Part shown: positions 30,211-42,433 of the stretch, one piece after another
Layout: every line of letters begins with the position of its first letter
How positions within the stretch are numbered: the first letter of the stretch is position 1
Assembly (NCBI GenBank): GCA_963590445.1
Contig: CAVAPI010000001.1
Span: 1 to 54,082 of the forward strand
Direction: 5' to 3'
From: Lachnospiraceae bacterium
Lineage (GTDB): Bacteria; Bacteroidota; Bacteroidia; Bacteroidales; Bacteroidaceae
Length of the DNA: 54,082 nucleotides
Notes under the pieces: model-generated
The model's input: the letters and a program-made list of their open reading frames with translations, nothing else
Told to the model about the DNA's origin: nothing
The model's database searches: none
Program-made: the position numbers and the translations under genes

Positions 30211-31236
30211 GTGGGCAGAAGGCTTAATGACAGCCTCAATTCGAGGTATCTGGAGGCGGCCAACCGGCTCAACTCGAAGAGTCGCCGGCGCAGGATTGTG
30301 GCTTACGTGGAAAGTTACGACGACATATTCTTCTGGCGCACCGTGTTGGGACGTTTTGAGGACAAGACACGCTACTTCGAGGTTATGCTTCCGTCGCACG
30401 ACACGCTCATGCGCGGCAAGAAGTCGGTGCTTATGAACTTCATAGGCAACAGCACAGGCCCGGATATGATTGCCTGCGTCGATGCAGACTACGACTTTCT
30501 GATGCAGGGGGCCACTGATACGTCGAGGCGGATAGTGGACAGCCCATACGTGTTCCACACTTACGCCTATTCAATAGAGAACCTGCAGTGCTATGCGCCC
30601 AGCCTTCACGACGTTTGCGTGATGGTTACGCTCAACGACCACGCCATTTTCGACTTTGAGGAGTTCATGCGCCAGTTCTCCGTGGCGTGCTATCCGCTGC
30701 TCGTATGGTCGGTCTTGATGTACCGCACGGGTCGCCACTCGGAGTTCTCCCTCACCAGCCTGTGCCAAACGACCGAGCTGGGCAAGTTCAATCCCGACCG
30801 CGCCGTTGAATGTATAGAGAATTTGCGGCGGAAGGTGCAGCGTAAGGTGAGCCAGCTGCAGCACCGCTACCCTGAAGCCAAGGCCCCGTACCTGCAGCTG
30901 CGCCGGGAACTGGCCGGACTTGGCGTGTTGCCGGAAAACACCTACCTGTTCATGCAGGGCCACCATATCTTTGACGCCATAGTAGTGCCTGTGCTGACCC
31001 GCGTGTGTGCCCGCTTGCGGCTGGAACGCGAGCAGGAAATAAGCCGTACATCCGCCCATGACACCCAGAGGCGCAACGAGATGTCGTGCTATGAGCACAG
31101 CCTGATGGACATACGTTCCATGCTTAAGAAGAATATGGGCTACAAGGACTGCCCCCTGTTTGCGAGAGTGCAGCAGGATGTGGCTGACTATTTGGAAAGA
31201 GGGCGGCAGGATGAGTCCGCCCAAACGGACGCTTGA
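30211..31236 (+). CDS. DUF4435-type TOPRIM-fold protein (AriB-like putative nuclease)
   Basis: TOPRIM glutamate motif VAYVESYDD, GK..V, DxD motif CVDADYD, Y.IEN motif, QGH; directly downstream of the ATPase. Confidence 0.75.
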   Translation: MGRRLNDSLNSRYLEAANRLNSKSRRRRIVAYVESYDDIFFWRTVLGRFEDKTRYFEVMLPSHDTLMRGKKSVLMNFIGNSTGPDMIACVDADYDFLMQGATDTSRRIVDSPYVFHTYAYSIENLQCYAPSLHDVCVMVTLNDHAIFDFEEFMRQFSVACYPLLVWSVLMYRTGRHSEFSLTSLCQTTELGKFNPDRAVECIENLRRKVQRKVSQLQHRYPEAKAPYLQLRRELAGLGVLPENTYLFMQGHHIFDAIVVPVLTRVCARLRLEREQEISRTSAHDTQRRNEMSCYEHSLMDIRSMLKKNMGYKDCPLFARVQQDVADYLERGRQDESAQTDA

Positions 31237-31391
31237 CGGTCCGGAGCATCCCGTTATAGTCCGGAATGGCGGCTTTGGCCGTGCCGGCCATGGCATTTGC
31301 TGTGACTGCCTCTGGCGTTCAGCGCCCGTAACCGTTGCGGTTACGGCTGCCGGACGTGTGCTTTGGCTGTGCCAATGGCCGGTCTGCCTGT

Positions 31392-32363
31392 CTATACGTA
31401 TGCTTCAAGGAATGTGAGTCTGCCTTCCACTGCCACTTGATTGTCCCATGCGGGCAGCAGTACGGTGTCGCCGGCGGCGAAAGGCGAGGCGTTGCCGTCC
31501 TCGTCGGTAATAGTTCCATTCCCTTTCGTGCATATCAGGATGACGAAACTGTCCAGTTCGGAATAGTCAAGTGTCATGCTTTCGGTCAGTTCATAGAGGG
31601 CTACCGTGAAGTGGGGGCAGCTTATGAGCGGCACAGGGCAGTCCTTTTCGGCCTTGTAGCCGGTGCGGTAGTTGTCCTCGACGCTGTAGTCGATGGCCTC
31701 GGCGGCCTCCTTGGTATGCAGTTGGCGGAAGTTGCCGTCCTTGTCCTTGCGCTTGAAGTCGTAGATGCGGTAGGTCACGTCGCTTGTCTCCTGTATTTCC
31801 GCGAGGAAACAGCCCGCGCCGATGCTGTGTATGCGCCCTGCCGGGATAAAGAAGCAGTCGCCCTCCTTGACGGGATGCTCGCTTATGGCGTCGCAGATGG
31901 TGTCGTCGGCCACCATACGCTTGTAGTCTTCCGGCGTAATCCTTTCCTTCAGACCGCACGTGAGCTTGGCTGCCGGTGCGGAGTCCATGATATACCACAT
32001 CTCGGTCTTGCCTCTTTCCAGTCCGTTCCTGCGTGCCAGTTCGTCAGAGGGGTGCACCTGTATCGACAAGTCCTTGGATGCGTCGATGAACTTGATGAGT
32101 AGCGGGAAGCAGTCGCCGAACCTGTCATAGTTGTCCCGCCCTACGAGGCCGCCTTTCAGCTCCTTTACCAGTTCCGTAAGGCTCTTGCCGCTGTGCGCGC
32201 CGCCGCTTACTGCCGTTTCGCAGCCTTTCACGCCGGAAATCTCCCAGCTTTCGCCCACCTGTTCGGGCGGATTGGCTATGTGTTTGAACTCCGCAATTCT
32301 GCTGCCGCCCCAGATGGTCTGTTTCAATATGGGCTTGAAGCGCAGCAACTTGTCTCTATTCAT
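31392..32363 (-). CDS. manA: Mannose-6-phosphate isomerase, class I
   Basis: IWGG, GESWE, FPLLIKFIDA..DLSIQVHP, KTEMWY, EIQETSDVTYRIYD. Confidence 0.92.
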   Translation of the reverse strand: MNRDKLLRFKPILKQTIWGGSRIAEFKHIANPPEQVGESWEISGVKGCETAVSGGAHSGKSLTELVKELKGGLVGRDNYDRFGDCFPLLIKFIDASKDLSIQVHPSDELARRNGLERGKTEMWYIMDSAPAAKLTCGLKERITPEDYKRMVADDTICDAISEHPVKEGDCFFIPAGRIHSIGAGCFLAEIQETSDVTYRIYDFKRKDKDGNFRQLHTKEAAEAIDYSVEDNYRTGYKAEKDCPVPLISCPHFTVALYELTESMTLDYSELDSFVILICTKGNGTITDEDGNASPFAAGDTVLLPAWDNQVAVEGRLTFLEAYV

Positions 32364-32438
32364 GATTGTATGGTTTCCTTTTTATGTTGTTCTTGTATGT
32401 TTGTCGTGCCGTTCCTGTATGTTCCGGGTGCGGAAAGG

Positions 32439-33896
32439 TCAGTTGTCTTTCCAGAAACTGTGCGTGAACAGCACCAGAACCGACATGATTTCCAGTCGTC
32501 CCACGAGCATTAGGAACGAGCAGACCCACTTGATGCCGTCCGGAAGTGCGCTCCACGACATGACAGGGCCTATTGCCGTGCCGAGCGTGGGGCCTACATT
32601 GCTCATGCAACTGAGCGCGATGGTCACGGCATTGGTGTTGTCTATGCCGGCGGCTATCATTATTACGGCGGCTATCAGGCACACTATTATATAGAAAGCG
32701 AAGAATGTGAGCAGCGTGGGCACGTGGGACTGCGGCACGTTCTGGCCGTTCATCTTTATCGGAAGCACCGCATTGGGGTGGAGAATGCGGCGGAACTCGT
32801 TGCGCATCACCTTGAGTGTCATAACGCCGCGCACGCACTTGAAGCCTCCGCTTGTGGAACCTGCACAGGCTCCGAGGAACATACAGCCGCTGAGAATCAC
32901 CCATGTGATGTGCGGCCAAGCCTCTGCGTTGTCGTTGAACATACCGGTTGTGGTGATGAACGACACCACCTGAAAGAGCGCACTGCGCAGTGCGTGCTCG
33001 CAGTCGTAGCCGCAACGGCTTGTGAGAAGCCACATTATCCACACCGTGGCAACGGCCACGACAGACAGATACAGCCTGAACTCCGAGTTATAGGCCAGCT
33101 TGCGCACATTGCCCTTGAAGATTGCTATATATAATAAGGTGAAGTTCATGCCGGCAATGAACTGGAAAAATATGGCAACGTACTCTATGGCGGCAGAATG
33201 GAAGAACACTGTGCTGTCATTGTGGGTGGAAAAGCCTCCCGTAGCCGTGGTTGACATGGAGTAGTTGGCACTGTCAAACCAGTCCATTCCCGCTGTCTTG
33301 AACGCAAAGGCACAGGCCACGGTCAGAGCAATGTAGATTGTCCATATCCATTTGGCGTTCATGCTGAGCCGGGGGTGCATCTTTGTCTTCAGCGGCCCGG
33401 TGGCTTCGGCGGCGAAAACCCTTAGGCTGCCGCCCACAACCGACGGCAATACGGCTATGGTGAAGAACACTATTCCCAGTCCGCCTATCCATTGCGTCAG
33501 CGAACGCCAGAACAAAATGCCGTGAGGCAGGGCTTCCACATTGTCTATGATGGTCGCCCCCGTGGTGGTAAAGCCCGACATGGTTTCAAAATAAGCGTCG
33601 GAAACGCCGGTTATGTAGCCGCCTATGAGGAACGGGAGCATGCCGAAAAAGCTGAAGACCACCCATGTGGCGGTCACAACGAGGTAAGCTCCGCGCCGGT
33701 TCATGTCGTTTCCCGCATTGCGTCCGAAGTATTTGCACACCAAACCTGCGCACACTGTGGCAACCACCGACACGGACAGAGCCGTCAGGTCGTCCTCTCC
33801 GTAGCACAAAGCCATGACCACACATACCGTCATAAGCCCGCTTTCGAGAAGCAGGAGCTGGCCTATGATCTTGGAAACGATACGGAAATCTACCAT
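32439..33896 (-). CDS. trkH: Trk potassium uptake membrane protein
   Basis: FETMSGFTTTG, QWIGGLG, ATGGFS, TTTG, GSTSGG.K, NVGP, GRLE. Confidence 0.93.
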   Translation of the reverse strand: MVDFRIVSKIIGQLLLLESGLMTVCVVMALCYGEDDLTALSVSVVATVCAGLVCKYFGRNAGNDMNRRGAYLVVTATWVVFSFFGMLPFLIGGYITGVSDAYFETMSGFTTTGATIIDNVEALPHGILFWRSLTQWIGGLGIVFFTIAVLPSVVGGSLRVFAAEATGPLKTKMHPRLSMNAKWIWTIYIALTVACAFAFKTAGMDWFDSANYSMSTTATGGFSTHNDSTVFFHSAAIEYVAIFFQFIAGMNFTLLYIAIFKGNVRKLAYNSEFRLYLSVVAVATVWIMWLLTSRCGYDCEHALRSALFQVVSFITTTGMFNDNAEAWPHITWVILSGCMFLGACAGSTSGGFKCVRGVMTLKVMRNEFRRILHPNAVLPIKMNGQNVPQSHVPTLLTFFAFYIIVCLIAAVIMIAAGIDNTNAVTIALSCMSNVGPTLGTAIGPVMSWSALPDGIKWVCSFLMLVGRLEIMSVLVLFTHSFWKDN

Positions 33897-35245
33897 AGGG
33901 ACCGTTGTTTGAAGAACCGTTCCACCTTTTTCAGGTTGTTTTCATGGCAGAACACCATTACAGAGTCGCCTGGCTGTATCAGCGAACTGCCGTTTACCAG
34001 CATCCCCTTGCCGTTTCGCACCAGCCCGCCTATGGTCATTCCCGACGGCAAGCCAAGGTCTTTCACCGGTTTGCGCGTCACAGCCGAACCCTCGGCGGCG
34101 GTAAATTCTGCCACATCCGAGTCAACTGTCATAAGGGAGCGCATGTTTGACACGTCAGCGTCAAGCAACAGCTGGTATATGTGGCTGGCCGCTATCGTCT
34201 TCTTGTTGATTATCGTACCGATATCCAGCTCTTCGGCCATACCAACATAGTCGAGGTTTTCCACCATGGCTATGGTTTTCCTCACGCCGAGCCGCTTTGC
34301 CGTCATGCAGGCAAGGATATTTGTTTCCGCATTGCCGGTCAGAGCCACGAAAGCCTGCGTGTTCTTTATCCCTTCCTCCACCAGCAGGTCGATATTGCGC
34401 CCGTCGCCGTGTATGACCATGGTGTCTGTCTCGTTCAACAGCTCGTTCAGCTTCTCGCATCTGCGCTCGTCTGCCTCCACAATCTTCACGTTCATGTAGT
34501 CAGGTGTGGTCAGTGCGGCTCTCACGGCAGTCTTTCCGCCGCCCATGATTATTACATTCTTCACGTCGGCGTAGTGTTCCTTGCCGCAGATGGTGCGTAT
34601 GTATGGGATATATTCCTTGGTTGTCATGAAGTAGGCGAAATCCTGGTTGTGCAACTCGTCGTTACCTCCCGGAATGATGGTCTCCACGCCGCGCTTGATG
34701 GCCACAATGTGATAAGGGTCGTCCGCGCCGCAAAGCTCGCGGAGCGGCTTGTTGAGTATTTCGCACGTCTCCCTGAGCTTCACCCCAAGCATTACGAGCG
34801 CTCCGCCGTGCACATCCCACCGCTGCCGCACCCAACTCATGCGCAAACCGTTGTTGATGTCGGTGGCGGCAAGCACCTCCGGGTATATCAGCGAGTCTAT
34901 TCCGAGGTTTTTGAAGAATGGTTCCAGCTGTGGGGCAAGGTATTCGTAGTTGTCAATCCGCGCCACGGTCTTGCGTGTGCCCAAGGCGTGGGCCAGTATG
35001 CAGGCGTTGAGGTTGCGGCTCTCGTCGGGTGTCACTCCGACAAGCAGGTCTGCGTCCTCGGCACCCGCCTCTTGCAGTGTCCTGATGCTGGTTGGTGAGC
35101 CTTGTATGGTGAGTATGTCGTGGTCGGAAAGCTCCTCCAGCCGTTCCTCGTTCTCGTCTATCAGCACGCAGTCCTGCCGTTCTTTTGATAGGAGCTTGGC
35201 CAAATGCGTGCCCACAGCCCCCGCTCCGCCTATGATAATCTTCAT
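33890..35245 (-). CDS. trkA: Trk potassium uptake NAD-binding regulator
   Basis: [12 protein letters not shown] and second RCK IIMGGGK, HGDG; start overlaps the dxs stop. Confidence 0.93.
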   Translation of the reverse strand: MKIIIGGAGAVGTHLAKLLSKERQDCVLIDENEERLEELSDHDILTIQGSPTSIRTLQEAGAEDADLLVGVTPDESRNLNACILAHALGTRKTVARIDNYEYLAPQLEPFFKNLGIDSLIYPEVLAATDINNGLRMSWVRQRWDVHGGALVMLGVKLRETCEILNKPLRELCGADDPYHIVAIKRGVETIIPGGNDELHNQDFAYFMTTKEYIPYIRTICGKEHYADVKNVIIMGGGKTAVRAALTTPDYMNVKIVEADERRCEKLNELLNETDTMVIHGDGRNIDLLVEEGIKNTQAFVALTGNAETNILACMTAKRLGVRKTIAMVENLDYVGMAEELDIGTIINKKTIAASHIYQLLLDADVSNMRSLMTVDSDVAEFTAAEGSAVTRKPVKDLGLPSGMTIGGLVRNGKGMLVNGSSLIQPGDSVMVFCHENNLKKVERFFKQRSLW

Positions 35246-37182
35246 GCCAAATGCCGCTTGATGCCTTCCTTGTCTATTCCCGTCAGGTGCTTTAGCTGTT
35301 CCACCGTGCCGTGTCCGACGAAAGAGTCGGGCAGACCGAGCCTGACAATCTGCGGTCTGTAGCCGTGGTCTGCCATCCATTCCATCACGGCAGTGCCCAT
35401 TCCGCCGGTACGCACGCCGTCTTCCACGGTCACGATGCGCCCGAACCGCCGGCCTATCTCGTCGAGAAGTGTCTCGTCGAGCGGCTTCACGAATCTCATG
35501 TCATAGTGGGCTATGGACAGTTCCGGATGGGTTTCTTCGGTCTCGGCGATGGCCTTGGCGGCGTCAGTGCCCGCTGTTCCGACGGTCAGCACGGCCATGT
35601 CCTTGCCGTCTTTCAGTCTGCGGCCGGTGCCAACCGCTATCTCTTCGAGCGGGCAACGCCAGTCCACGCACGACCCGCGGCCGCGGGGATAGCGTATGAC
35701 AAACGGCCCTTTGCCGGGCAACTGGGCGGTGAACATGAGCCGCCTCAGCTCCTTCTCGTCCATAGGTGCGGCAATGGTGAGTCCTGGTATGGGGCGCAGG
35801 GCTGCCAGGTCGAACGCTCCGTGGTGGGTCGCGCCGTCTTCGCCCACGAGTCCGGCTCTGTCAAGGCACAAAACCACGGGCAACCGCAGTATGGCCACGT
35901 CGTGTATGATGTTGTCGTAGGCCCGTTGGGCAAACGAACTGTATATGTTGCAGAACGGCAGGAGGCCCTCTTTGGCCATTCCGGCGGAGAATGTCACTGC
36001 GTGTCCCTCGGCTATGCCCACGTCAAACACCCGCTTTGGCATCTCCTTCATCATTATGTTCATGGAGCAGCCTGTGGGCATGGCCGGCGTCACGCCCACG
36101 ATTTTCGGGTTGGAGCGCGCCAGTTCGAGCAGCGTCTCGCCGAATACGTCCTGAAAGCGCGGCGGTTCGCCGGTGCTGTCATGCACGATTCTTTCGCCCG
36201 TGTCCACGCAGAACTTTCCCGGAGCGTGCCATACCGTAGCCGATCTCTCCGCCGGAGCGTAGCCCTTGCCCTTTACGGTGTGCAGGTGCAGCAGCTTGGG
36301 GCCTTTCATGTCCTTGAGCTGGCGGAGTATGCGCGTGAGTTCCGTAACGTTATGGCCGTCGAAAGGCCCGAAATAGCGGATGTCCAGTCCTTCAAAGATG
36401 TTCTGCTGGTGGCTGAAAGCCGACTTGAGGGCATTGCCAAACCGTATGAGTCCCTTGCGCCGGTCGTCCTCCAAGTAGCCTTTGGAGCGCAACCACTGCG
36501 ATGCCTTGAAGCGTATCTTGTTGTACGTCTTGTTGGTATTCAGTCCGATAAGAAACTGTTTCATGCCCCCGACACTGCGGTCGATGCTCATGTTGTTGTC
36601 GTTGAGTATTATGAGCATGTCGTTCGGTGTCGATGAAACGTTGTTCAGCCCCTCGAAAGCCAGTCCTCCGCTCATAGCCCCATCGCCTATCACGGCCACT
36701 ATGTGGCGCTGTCCGTGCGCTGCGGGCGGTGTCTGTGCGCCGTCAGGGGTCTGTTGCCCGGCCTCCTCCCTTTCCTTTTCGGCCACGGCCATGCCGAGTG
36801 CGGCCGATATGGAGTTGCTTGCGTGGCCGCAGACAAACGAGTCGTAGGGGCTTTCCAGCGGCGACGGGAACGGCATCAGGCCGTTCAGCTTCCTGTTGGT
36901 GCAGAACTTTTCCCTGCGGCCTGTCAGTATCTTGTGGCCGTAAGCCTGGTGTCCCACGTCCCAGACTATGCGGTCGTAGGGCGTGTTATAGACATAGTGC
37001 AGCGCAACTGTCAGCTCCACCACGCCAAGGCTTGAAGCCAGATGCCCCGGATTGACCGACAGCTCCTTGACAATGTCCTCCCTAAGCTCGCGGCACAGCT
37101 CCGGAAGCTCTCCAACCGGCAGCTTCCGCAAATCACAAGGGGTTTCTATATGGCTAAGAATGTCCGTTTCTTCGTCTTTCAC
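35242..37182 (-). CDS. dxs: 1-deoxy-D-xylulose-5-phosphate synthase
   Basis: [59 protein letters not shown]. Confidence 0.96.
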   Translation of the reverse strand: MKDEETDILSHIETPCDLRKLPVGELPELCRELREDIVKELSVNPGHLASSLGVVELTVALHYVYNTPYDRIVWDVGHQAYGHKILTGRREKFCTNRKLNGLMPFPSPLESPYDSFVCGHASNSISAALGMAVAEKEREEAGQQTPDGAQTPPAAHGQRHIVAVIGDGAMSGGLAFEGLNNVSSTPNDMLIILNDNNMSIDRSVGGMKQFLIGLNTNKTYNKIRFKASQWLRSKGYLEDDRRKGLIRFGNALKSAFSHQQNIFEGLDIRYFGPFDGHNVTELTRILRQLKDMKGPKLLHLHTVKGKGYAPAERSATVWHAPGKFCVDTGERIVHDSTGEPPRFQDVFGETLLELARSNPKIVGVTPAMPTGCSMNIMMKEMPKRVFDVGIAEGHAVTFSAGMAKEGLLPFCNIYSSFAQRAYDNIIHDVAILRLPVVLCLDRAGLVGEDGATHHGAFDLAALRPIPGLTIAAPMDEKELRRLMFTAQLPGKGPFVIRYPRGRGSCVDWRCPLEEIAVGTGRRLKDGKDMAVLTVGTAGTDAAKAIAETEETHPELSIAHYDMRFVKPLDETLLDEIGRRFGRIVTVEDGVRTGGMGTAVMEWMADHGYRPQIVRLGLPDSFVGHGTVEQLKHLTGIDKEGIKRHLA

Positions 37183-37201
37183 TTGCTTGGTTGTATGTGT
37201 G

Positions 37202-37347
37202 TCTTATGCAAAGATAATGCAAACGGGGGCAAAGAGGCTTGCTCATGGTTGCCCGAGTGCAGCTTATCTTATGCAAAGATAATGCAAACGGGGGCAAAGG
37301 AGCTTGCTCATGGTTGCCCGAGTGCAGCTTATCTTATGCAAAGATAA
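37202..37347. repeat. 65-bp tandem repeat (two full copies plus a partial), each carrying a minus-strand TATCTTTG promoter element facing dxs
   Basis: Units 37202-37266, 37267-37331, partial 37332-37347; the copies differ only at GAG/GGA. Confidence 0.92.
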
Positions 37348-37482
37348 CCAAAAAAGATTGAAGAGGGAACGAAAAACTGTGGAATAATCCTTGACGGAGC
37401 GGTGCGGTTGGCTTTGCGGAAATGGCTCTTGGCGGGCGGCAAACGCCACGGTCTTGTAAGTTGCTGGCGGCCAATGCGTTTC

Positions 37483-37565
37483 AAAAACCGCCTGTTTGTG
37501 GCCCGTAACCCGGCCGTTTACGGAGCGTAATCCGCCCGGTTATGCATCGCAAACGGGCGGGTCTT
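37483..37565. repeat. Degenerate 22-bp-period array
   Basis: AAAC-like cores at 37485, 37507, 37529, 37551. Confidence 0.75.
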
Positions 37566-37687
37566 GAAAAGGAACAGCCCCGGCTGTGGTTCCGGGGACT
37601 GCCCCGAACGGCTGCAAAAGCGGTTAAAAACTCGTTAAACCTATACATTTTTTACTTACAGTTTGCGAACTTTTGGATAAAGATTGC

Positions 37688-37695
37688 TATCTTTG
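37688..37695 (+). promoter_or_regulatory. -7 element (TATCTTTG) for nhaD-like gene and pfkA
   Basis: Consensus match with TTTG upstream at 37662-37665. Confidence 0.65.
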
Positions 37696-37718
37696 CGGAA
37701 GTTTTCAGTGCGCCAGAC

Positions 37719-39128
37719 ATGACGTTGGTTCTCGTCATAATACTGCTGTCCGGCTATCTTCTGATAGCCACAGCCCACATTACCAAGGTGAATAAGGCCG
37801 CCGTAGCCATATTCATGGGAACTGTGGGGTGGGTGCTCTACGTCTGTTACGGTTCGGACTTTGTCATGCGGCAGCACCAGACCGACTATTTCGCCTTCCT
37901 TGACGGTGCTGCGGCATCGAGCGAAGCGGTGAAACACTACATCTTCAACAACGTTTTCATCAACTATGTGGGCAAGGCCGCGGGCGTGGTGCTTTTCCTG
38001 CTGTCCACGATGACCATAGTCGAGATACTCAACAACAACGGTTGCTTCGACTTCATAAGTGAGTGGCTGCGCACACGCCACAGCCGGCGGCTGCTGTGGA
38101 CGGTCACTGCCGTCACATTCGTAATCTCGGCCAACCTCGACAACCTCACTACGGCCACCATGATGCTCGTTATCATGCGGTCGATAGTGCAGAGCCGCCG
38201 CCAGCGGCTGACCATAGGCTGCGCAATAGTGCTTGCGGCCAACGCCGGGGGCTGCTTCACGGTGATAGGCGACCCCTCCGGCATAGTCCTGTGGGGCAAC
38301 GGCGCGGTGACAGCCACCGACTTTTCGGCCTATCTCGCCCTGCCGGCAATAGCGGCTTGGGCATTGCCCACATGGATGCTTGGGCGCACGCTGCCGGAAC
38401 GGCTCGACGCCGAGTGGCCTACATCGCCTTACCGCGGCGACGACACCAACCTGAACCGCTGGCAGCGGGCGTTGATGCTCGTGGTAGGCATAGGCGGACT
38501 GTGGTTCATACCCACTTTCCACACGATAACCAAGCTCAGCCCGTTCCTCGGCGCTCTGTGTGTGCTGTCAGTGCTGTGGGTTGTCAACGAAGTGTTCAAC
38601 CGCAAGCTGATGAATGCCGACCAGATGATACAGCGGCGCTTCCCCCGCGTGCTGCAATACGGCACGATACAGCAGATGCTTTTTGTCATGGGAATCTTCC
38701 TCGCCCTGGGTGTTGTGGCCGAAACGGGCTTTTTCGCATCGGTGGCCGTCTGGCTGGACGGCAATGTCCGCGATGTGCTGGTCATGGGAGCGGTCTCCGG
38801 GCTGCTGAGTGCGGTGGTTGACTCGTTTACGGTGTTCCTTACCAGCGTGTCGCTCTACCCCGTGGCCGACGCAACCCAGGCTCTCGGCGCAGACAGCTAT
38901 GCGGCTGCCTTCATGCAGAACGGCGCATTCTGGAAGATACTCGCCTATTCGACGGGCGTGGGCGGCTGCCTCCTGTGCTTTTCCACGACGAGCGGGCTTG
39001 CCCTGATGAAGATGGAGCGCATGAGAGTGGGGTGGTATCTGGCAAATTGTTCCGCCAAGATGCTGGCCGGATGGGCTGCGGGGCTTGCCGTACTGTGGGT
39101 CGAGCTGCTTCTGGCGGGCGGATTGTAG
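37719..39128 (+). CDS. NhaD/ArsB-family Na+/H+ antiporter
   Basis: KVNKAA, FLL..MTIVE, LDNLTT, ANAGG..TVIGD, GVGG, G...M..E; start trimmed to MTLVLV. Confidence 0.8.
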   Translation: MTLVLVIILLSGYLLIATAHITKVNKAAVAIFMGTVGWVLYVCYGSDFVMRQHQTDYFAFLDGAAASSEAVKHYIFNNVFINYVGKAAGVVLFLLSTMTIVEILNNNGCFDFISEWLRTRHSRRLLWTVTAVTFVISANLDNLTTATMMLVIMRSIVQSRRQRLTIGCAIVLAANAGGCFTVIGDPSGIVLWGNGAVTATDFSAYLALPAIAAWALPTWMLGRTLPERLDAEWPTSPYRGDDTNLNRWQRALMLVVGIGGLWFIPTFHTITKLSPFLGALCVLSVLWVVNEVFNRKLMNADQMIQRRFPRVLQYGTIQQMLFVMGIFLALGVVAETGFFASVAVWLDGNVRDVLVMGAVSGLLSAVVDSFTVFLTSVSLYPVADATQALGADSYAAAFMQNGAFWKILAYSTGVGGCLLCFSTTSGLALMKMERMRVGWYLANCSAKMLAGWAAGLAVLWVELLLAGGL

Positions 39129-39200
39129 CATGGAAACATATCAAACACAATCATAAACATTGTCATTTAGGTTATTACAGTCAAACGAGGAGAAAAGATT

Positions 39201-40178
39201 ATGGGAAGGATTAAGACGATAGGAGTGCTCACTTCGGGCGGCGACGCGCCGGGAATGAACGCCGCAATAAGGGCGGTGACGCGTGCGGGAATATGCAACG
39301 GCTTCAGCATCAAGGGCATCTACCGGGGCTATGACGGCCTGATAAACGACGAAGTGGCGCCGTTCACCACCGAAAACGTGAGCGGTATAATCATGCAGGG
39401 CGGCACCATACTGAAGACAGCCCGCAGCAAGGAGTTCACCACTCCCGAAGGTATGCAGAAGGCATACGCCACCTTGCAGAAGGAAGAGATAGACGCGCTG
39501 GTGGTAATAGGCGGCAACGGCTCGCTCACAGGCGCAAAACTGTTTGCCCAGGAGTTCGACTTCTGCTGCATAGGTCTGCCGGGAACGATAGACAACGACC
39601 TGTACGGCACCGACTCGACCATAGGTTACGACACCACGATGAACACCATTGTGGAGTGCGTTGACCGCATCCGCGACACTGCACAGAGCCACGAGCGCAT
39701 CTTCTTCGTGGAGGTGATGGGGCGCGATGCCGGTTTCCTCGCGCAGAACAGCGCGATAGCCAGTGGTGCGGAGGCCGCCATCATCCCTGAAGACTCCACT
39801 GACGTTGACCAGCTGGCCCGGTTCATGGAGCGGGGCATACGCAAGTCGAAGAAGAGCTGCATCGTCATCGTGTCGGAAAGCCCCAAGTGCGGCGCGCTGT
39901 ACTATGCAGACCGTGTGCGCAAGGAGTTCCCCGACTACGACGTGCGCGTGTCTATCCTCGGCCATCTGCAGCGCGGAGGCCGCCCGTCTGCCCACGACCG
40001 CATCCTTGCAAGCCGCACCGGCGTAGGCGCAGTGGAGGCCATAATGCAGGGACAGCGCAACGTGATGGTGGGAGTGAGGAACAACGAGATAGTATATGTA
40101 CCGTTCAGCGACGCCATACGCACCGACAAGCCGCTTGACATGAAGCTCATAAAGGTGCTCGACGAACTGAGTATATAA
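39201..40178 (+). CDS. pfkA: ATP-dependent 6-phosphofructokinase
   Basis: [38 protein letters not shown]. Confidence 0.95.
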   Translation: MGRIKTIGVLTSGGDAPGMNAAIRAVTRAGICNGFSIKGIYRGYDGLINDEVAPFTTENVSGIIMQGGTILKTARSKEFTTPEGMQKAYATLQKEEIDALVVIGGNGSLTGAKLFAQEFDFCCIGLPGTIDNDLYGTDSTIGYDTTMNTIVECVDRIRDTAQSHERIFFVEVMGRDAGFLAQNSAIASGAEAAIIPEDSTDVDQLARFMERGIRKSKKSCIVIVSESPKCGALYYADRVRKEFPDYDVRVSILGHLQRGGRPSAHDRILASRTGVGAVEAIMQGQRNVMVGVRNNEIVYVPFSDAIRTDKPLDMKLIKVLDELSI

Positions 40179-40264
40179 AAGAGGTAGTGGACTAAATGAC
40201 TGCAAAAATGGTACAAGTATGGATAAATGCGGAATTTAATTTTCCCTTTTCGCCTTATTCTTGT

Positions 40265-40272
40265 TATCTTTG
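40265..40272 (+). promoter_or_regulatory. -7 element (TATCTTTG) for the atp operon
   Basis: Consensus match about 40 nt before atpD. Confidence 0.7.
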
Positions 40273-40283
40273 CAGGGTAGTAA

Positions 40284-41843
<1,560 letters not shown>

Positions 41844-41871
41844 CATTCTTGACTTATATACATTGTTATAT

Positions 41872-42117
41872 ATGGGACTGAGACTAAAGATAGTGACTCC
41901 CGAACGGGTGGCGTATGACGGCGAGGCCGAAAGCGTAGTTGTGCCGGGCACAAGGGGCAACTTCGAGATACTGAGCGGCCATGCGTCGATAATATCTTCC
42001 CTACAGTCGGGCGTCGTGGAGTACACTTCCGCTGACGGAAAGGCCAGTCTGGCCGTGACGGGAGGCTTCGTGGCTGTGCAGAAGAACGAGGTCAACGTGT
42101 GTGTTGAGACTGCTTGA
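41872..42117 (+). CDS. atpC: F1Fo ATP synthase subunit epsilon (81 aa, beta-sandwich only)
   Basis: LKIVTPE, PG..G.F.IL.GHA, GGF. Confidence 0.9.
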   Translation: MGLRLKIVTPERVAYDGEAESVVVPGTRGNFEILSGHASIISSLQSGVVEYTSADGKASLAVTGGFVAVQKNEVNVCVETA

Positions 42118-42126
42118 TGCAACGAC

Positions 42127-42408
42127 ATGACCGTTCTGAATGTAATACTCTCCGCCCTGTTCTTCTCGGCCTTGGGCTTTGCCTACTGCAAGGGATGGGA
42201 CTACGTGAAAAAGAACATGCCCGGATACCTTGTCCACTACTATCTTGTCTCGGCAACGCTCAGGTTCCTGCTCGTGGCCGCCGTGATACTGGCCTATATA
42301 CGGCTGTCGGGCGTAGGCGTGAACGCCAAGTTGCTCTCCTTTGTCCTTATGTTCCTTGGAATGTATGTGGCAATGATGGTGATAACGCTATGGCTGAAGC
42401 ATAAATGA
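42127..42408 (+). CDS. Small membrane protein in the atp operon (AtpI-like position)
   Basis: Three hydrophobic segments; lies between atpC and atpB. Confidence 0.7.
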   Translation: MTVLNVILSALFFSALGFAYCKGWDYVKKNMPGYLVHYYLVSATLRFLLVAAVILAYIRLSGVGVNAKLLSFVLMFLGMYVAMMVITLWLKHK

Positions 42409-42433
42409 AATAACGCTGAAAGTGCATACAAAC

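Noticed and set aside
36700..36785. About 20-aa low-complexity insertion in Dxs (and a Gly/Ser insertion in AtpH)
   Set aside because: In-frame insertions in probable surface loops with no intein or mobile-element hallmarks.
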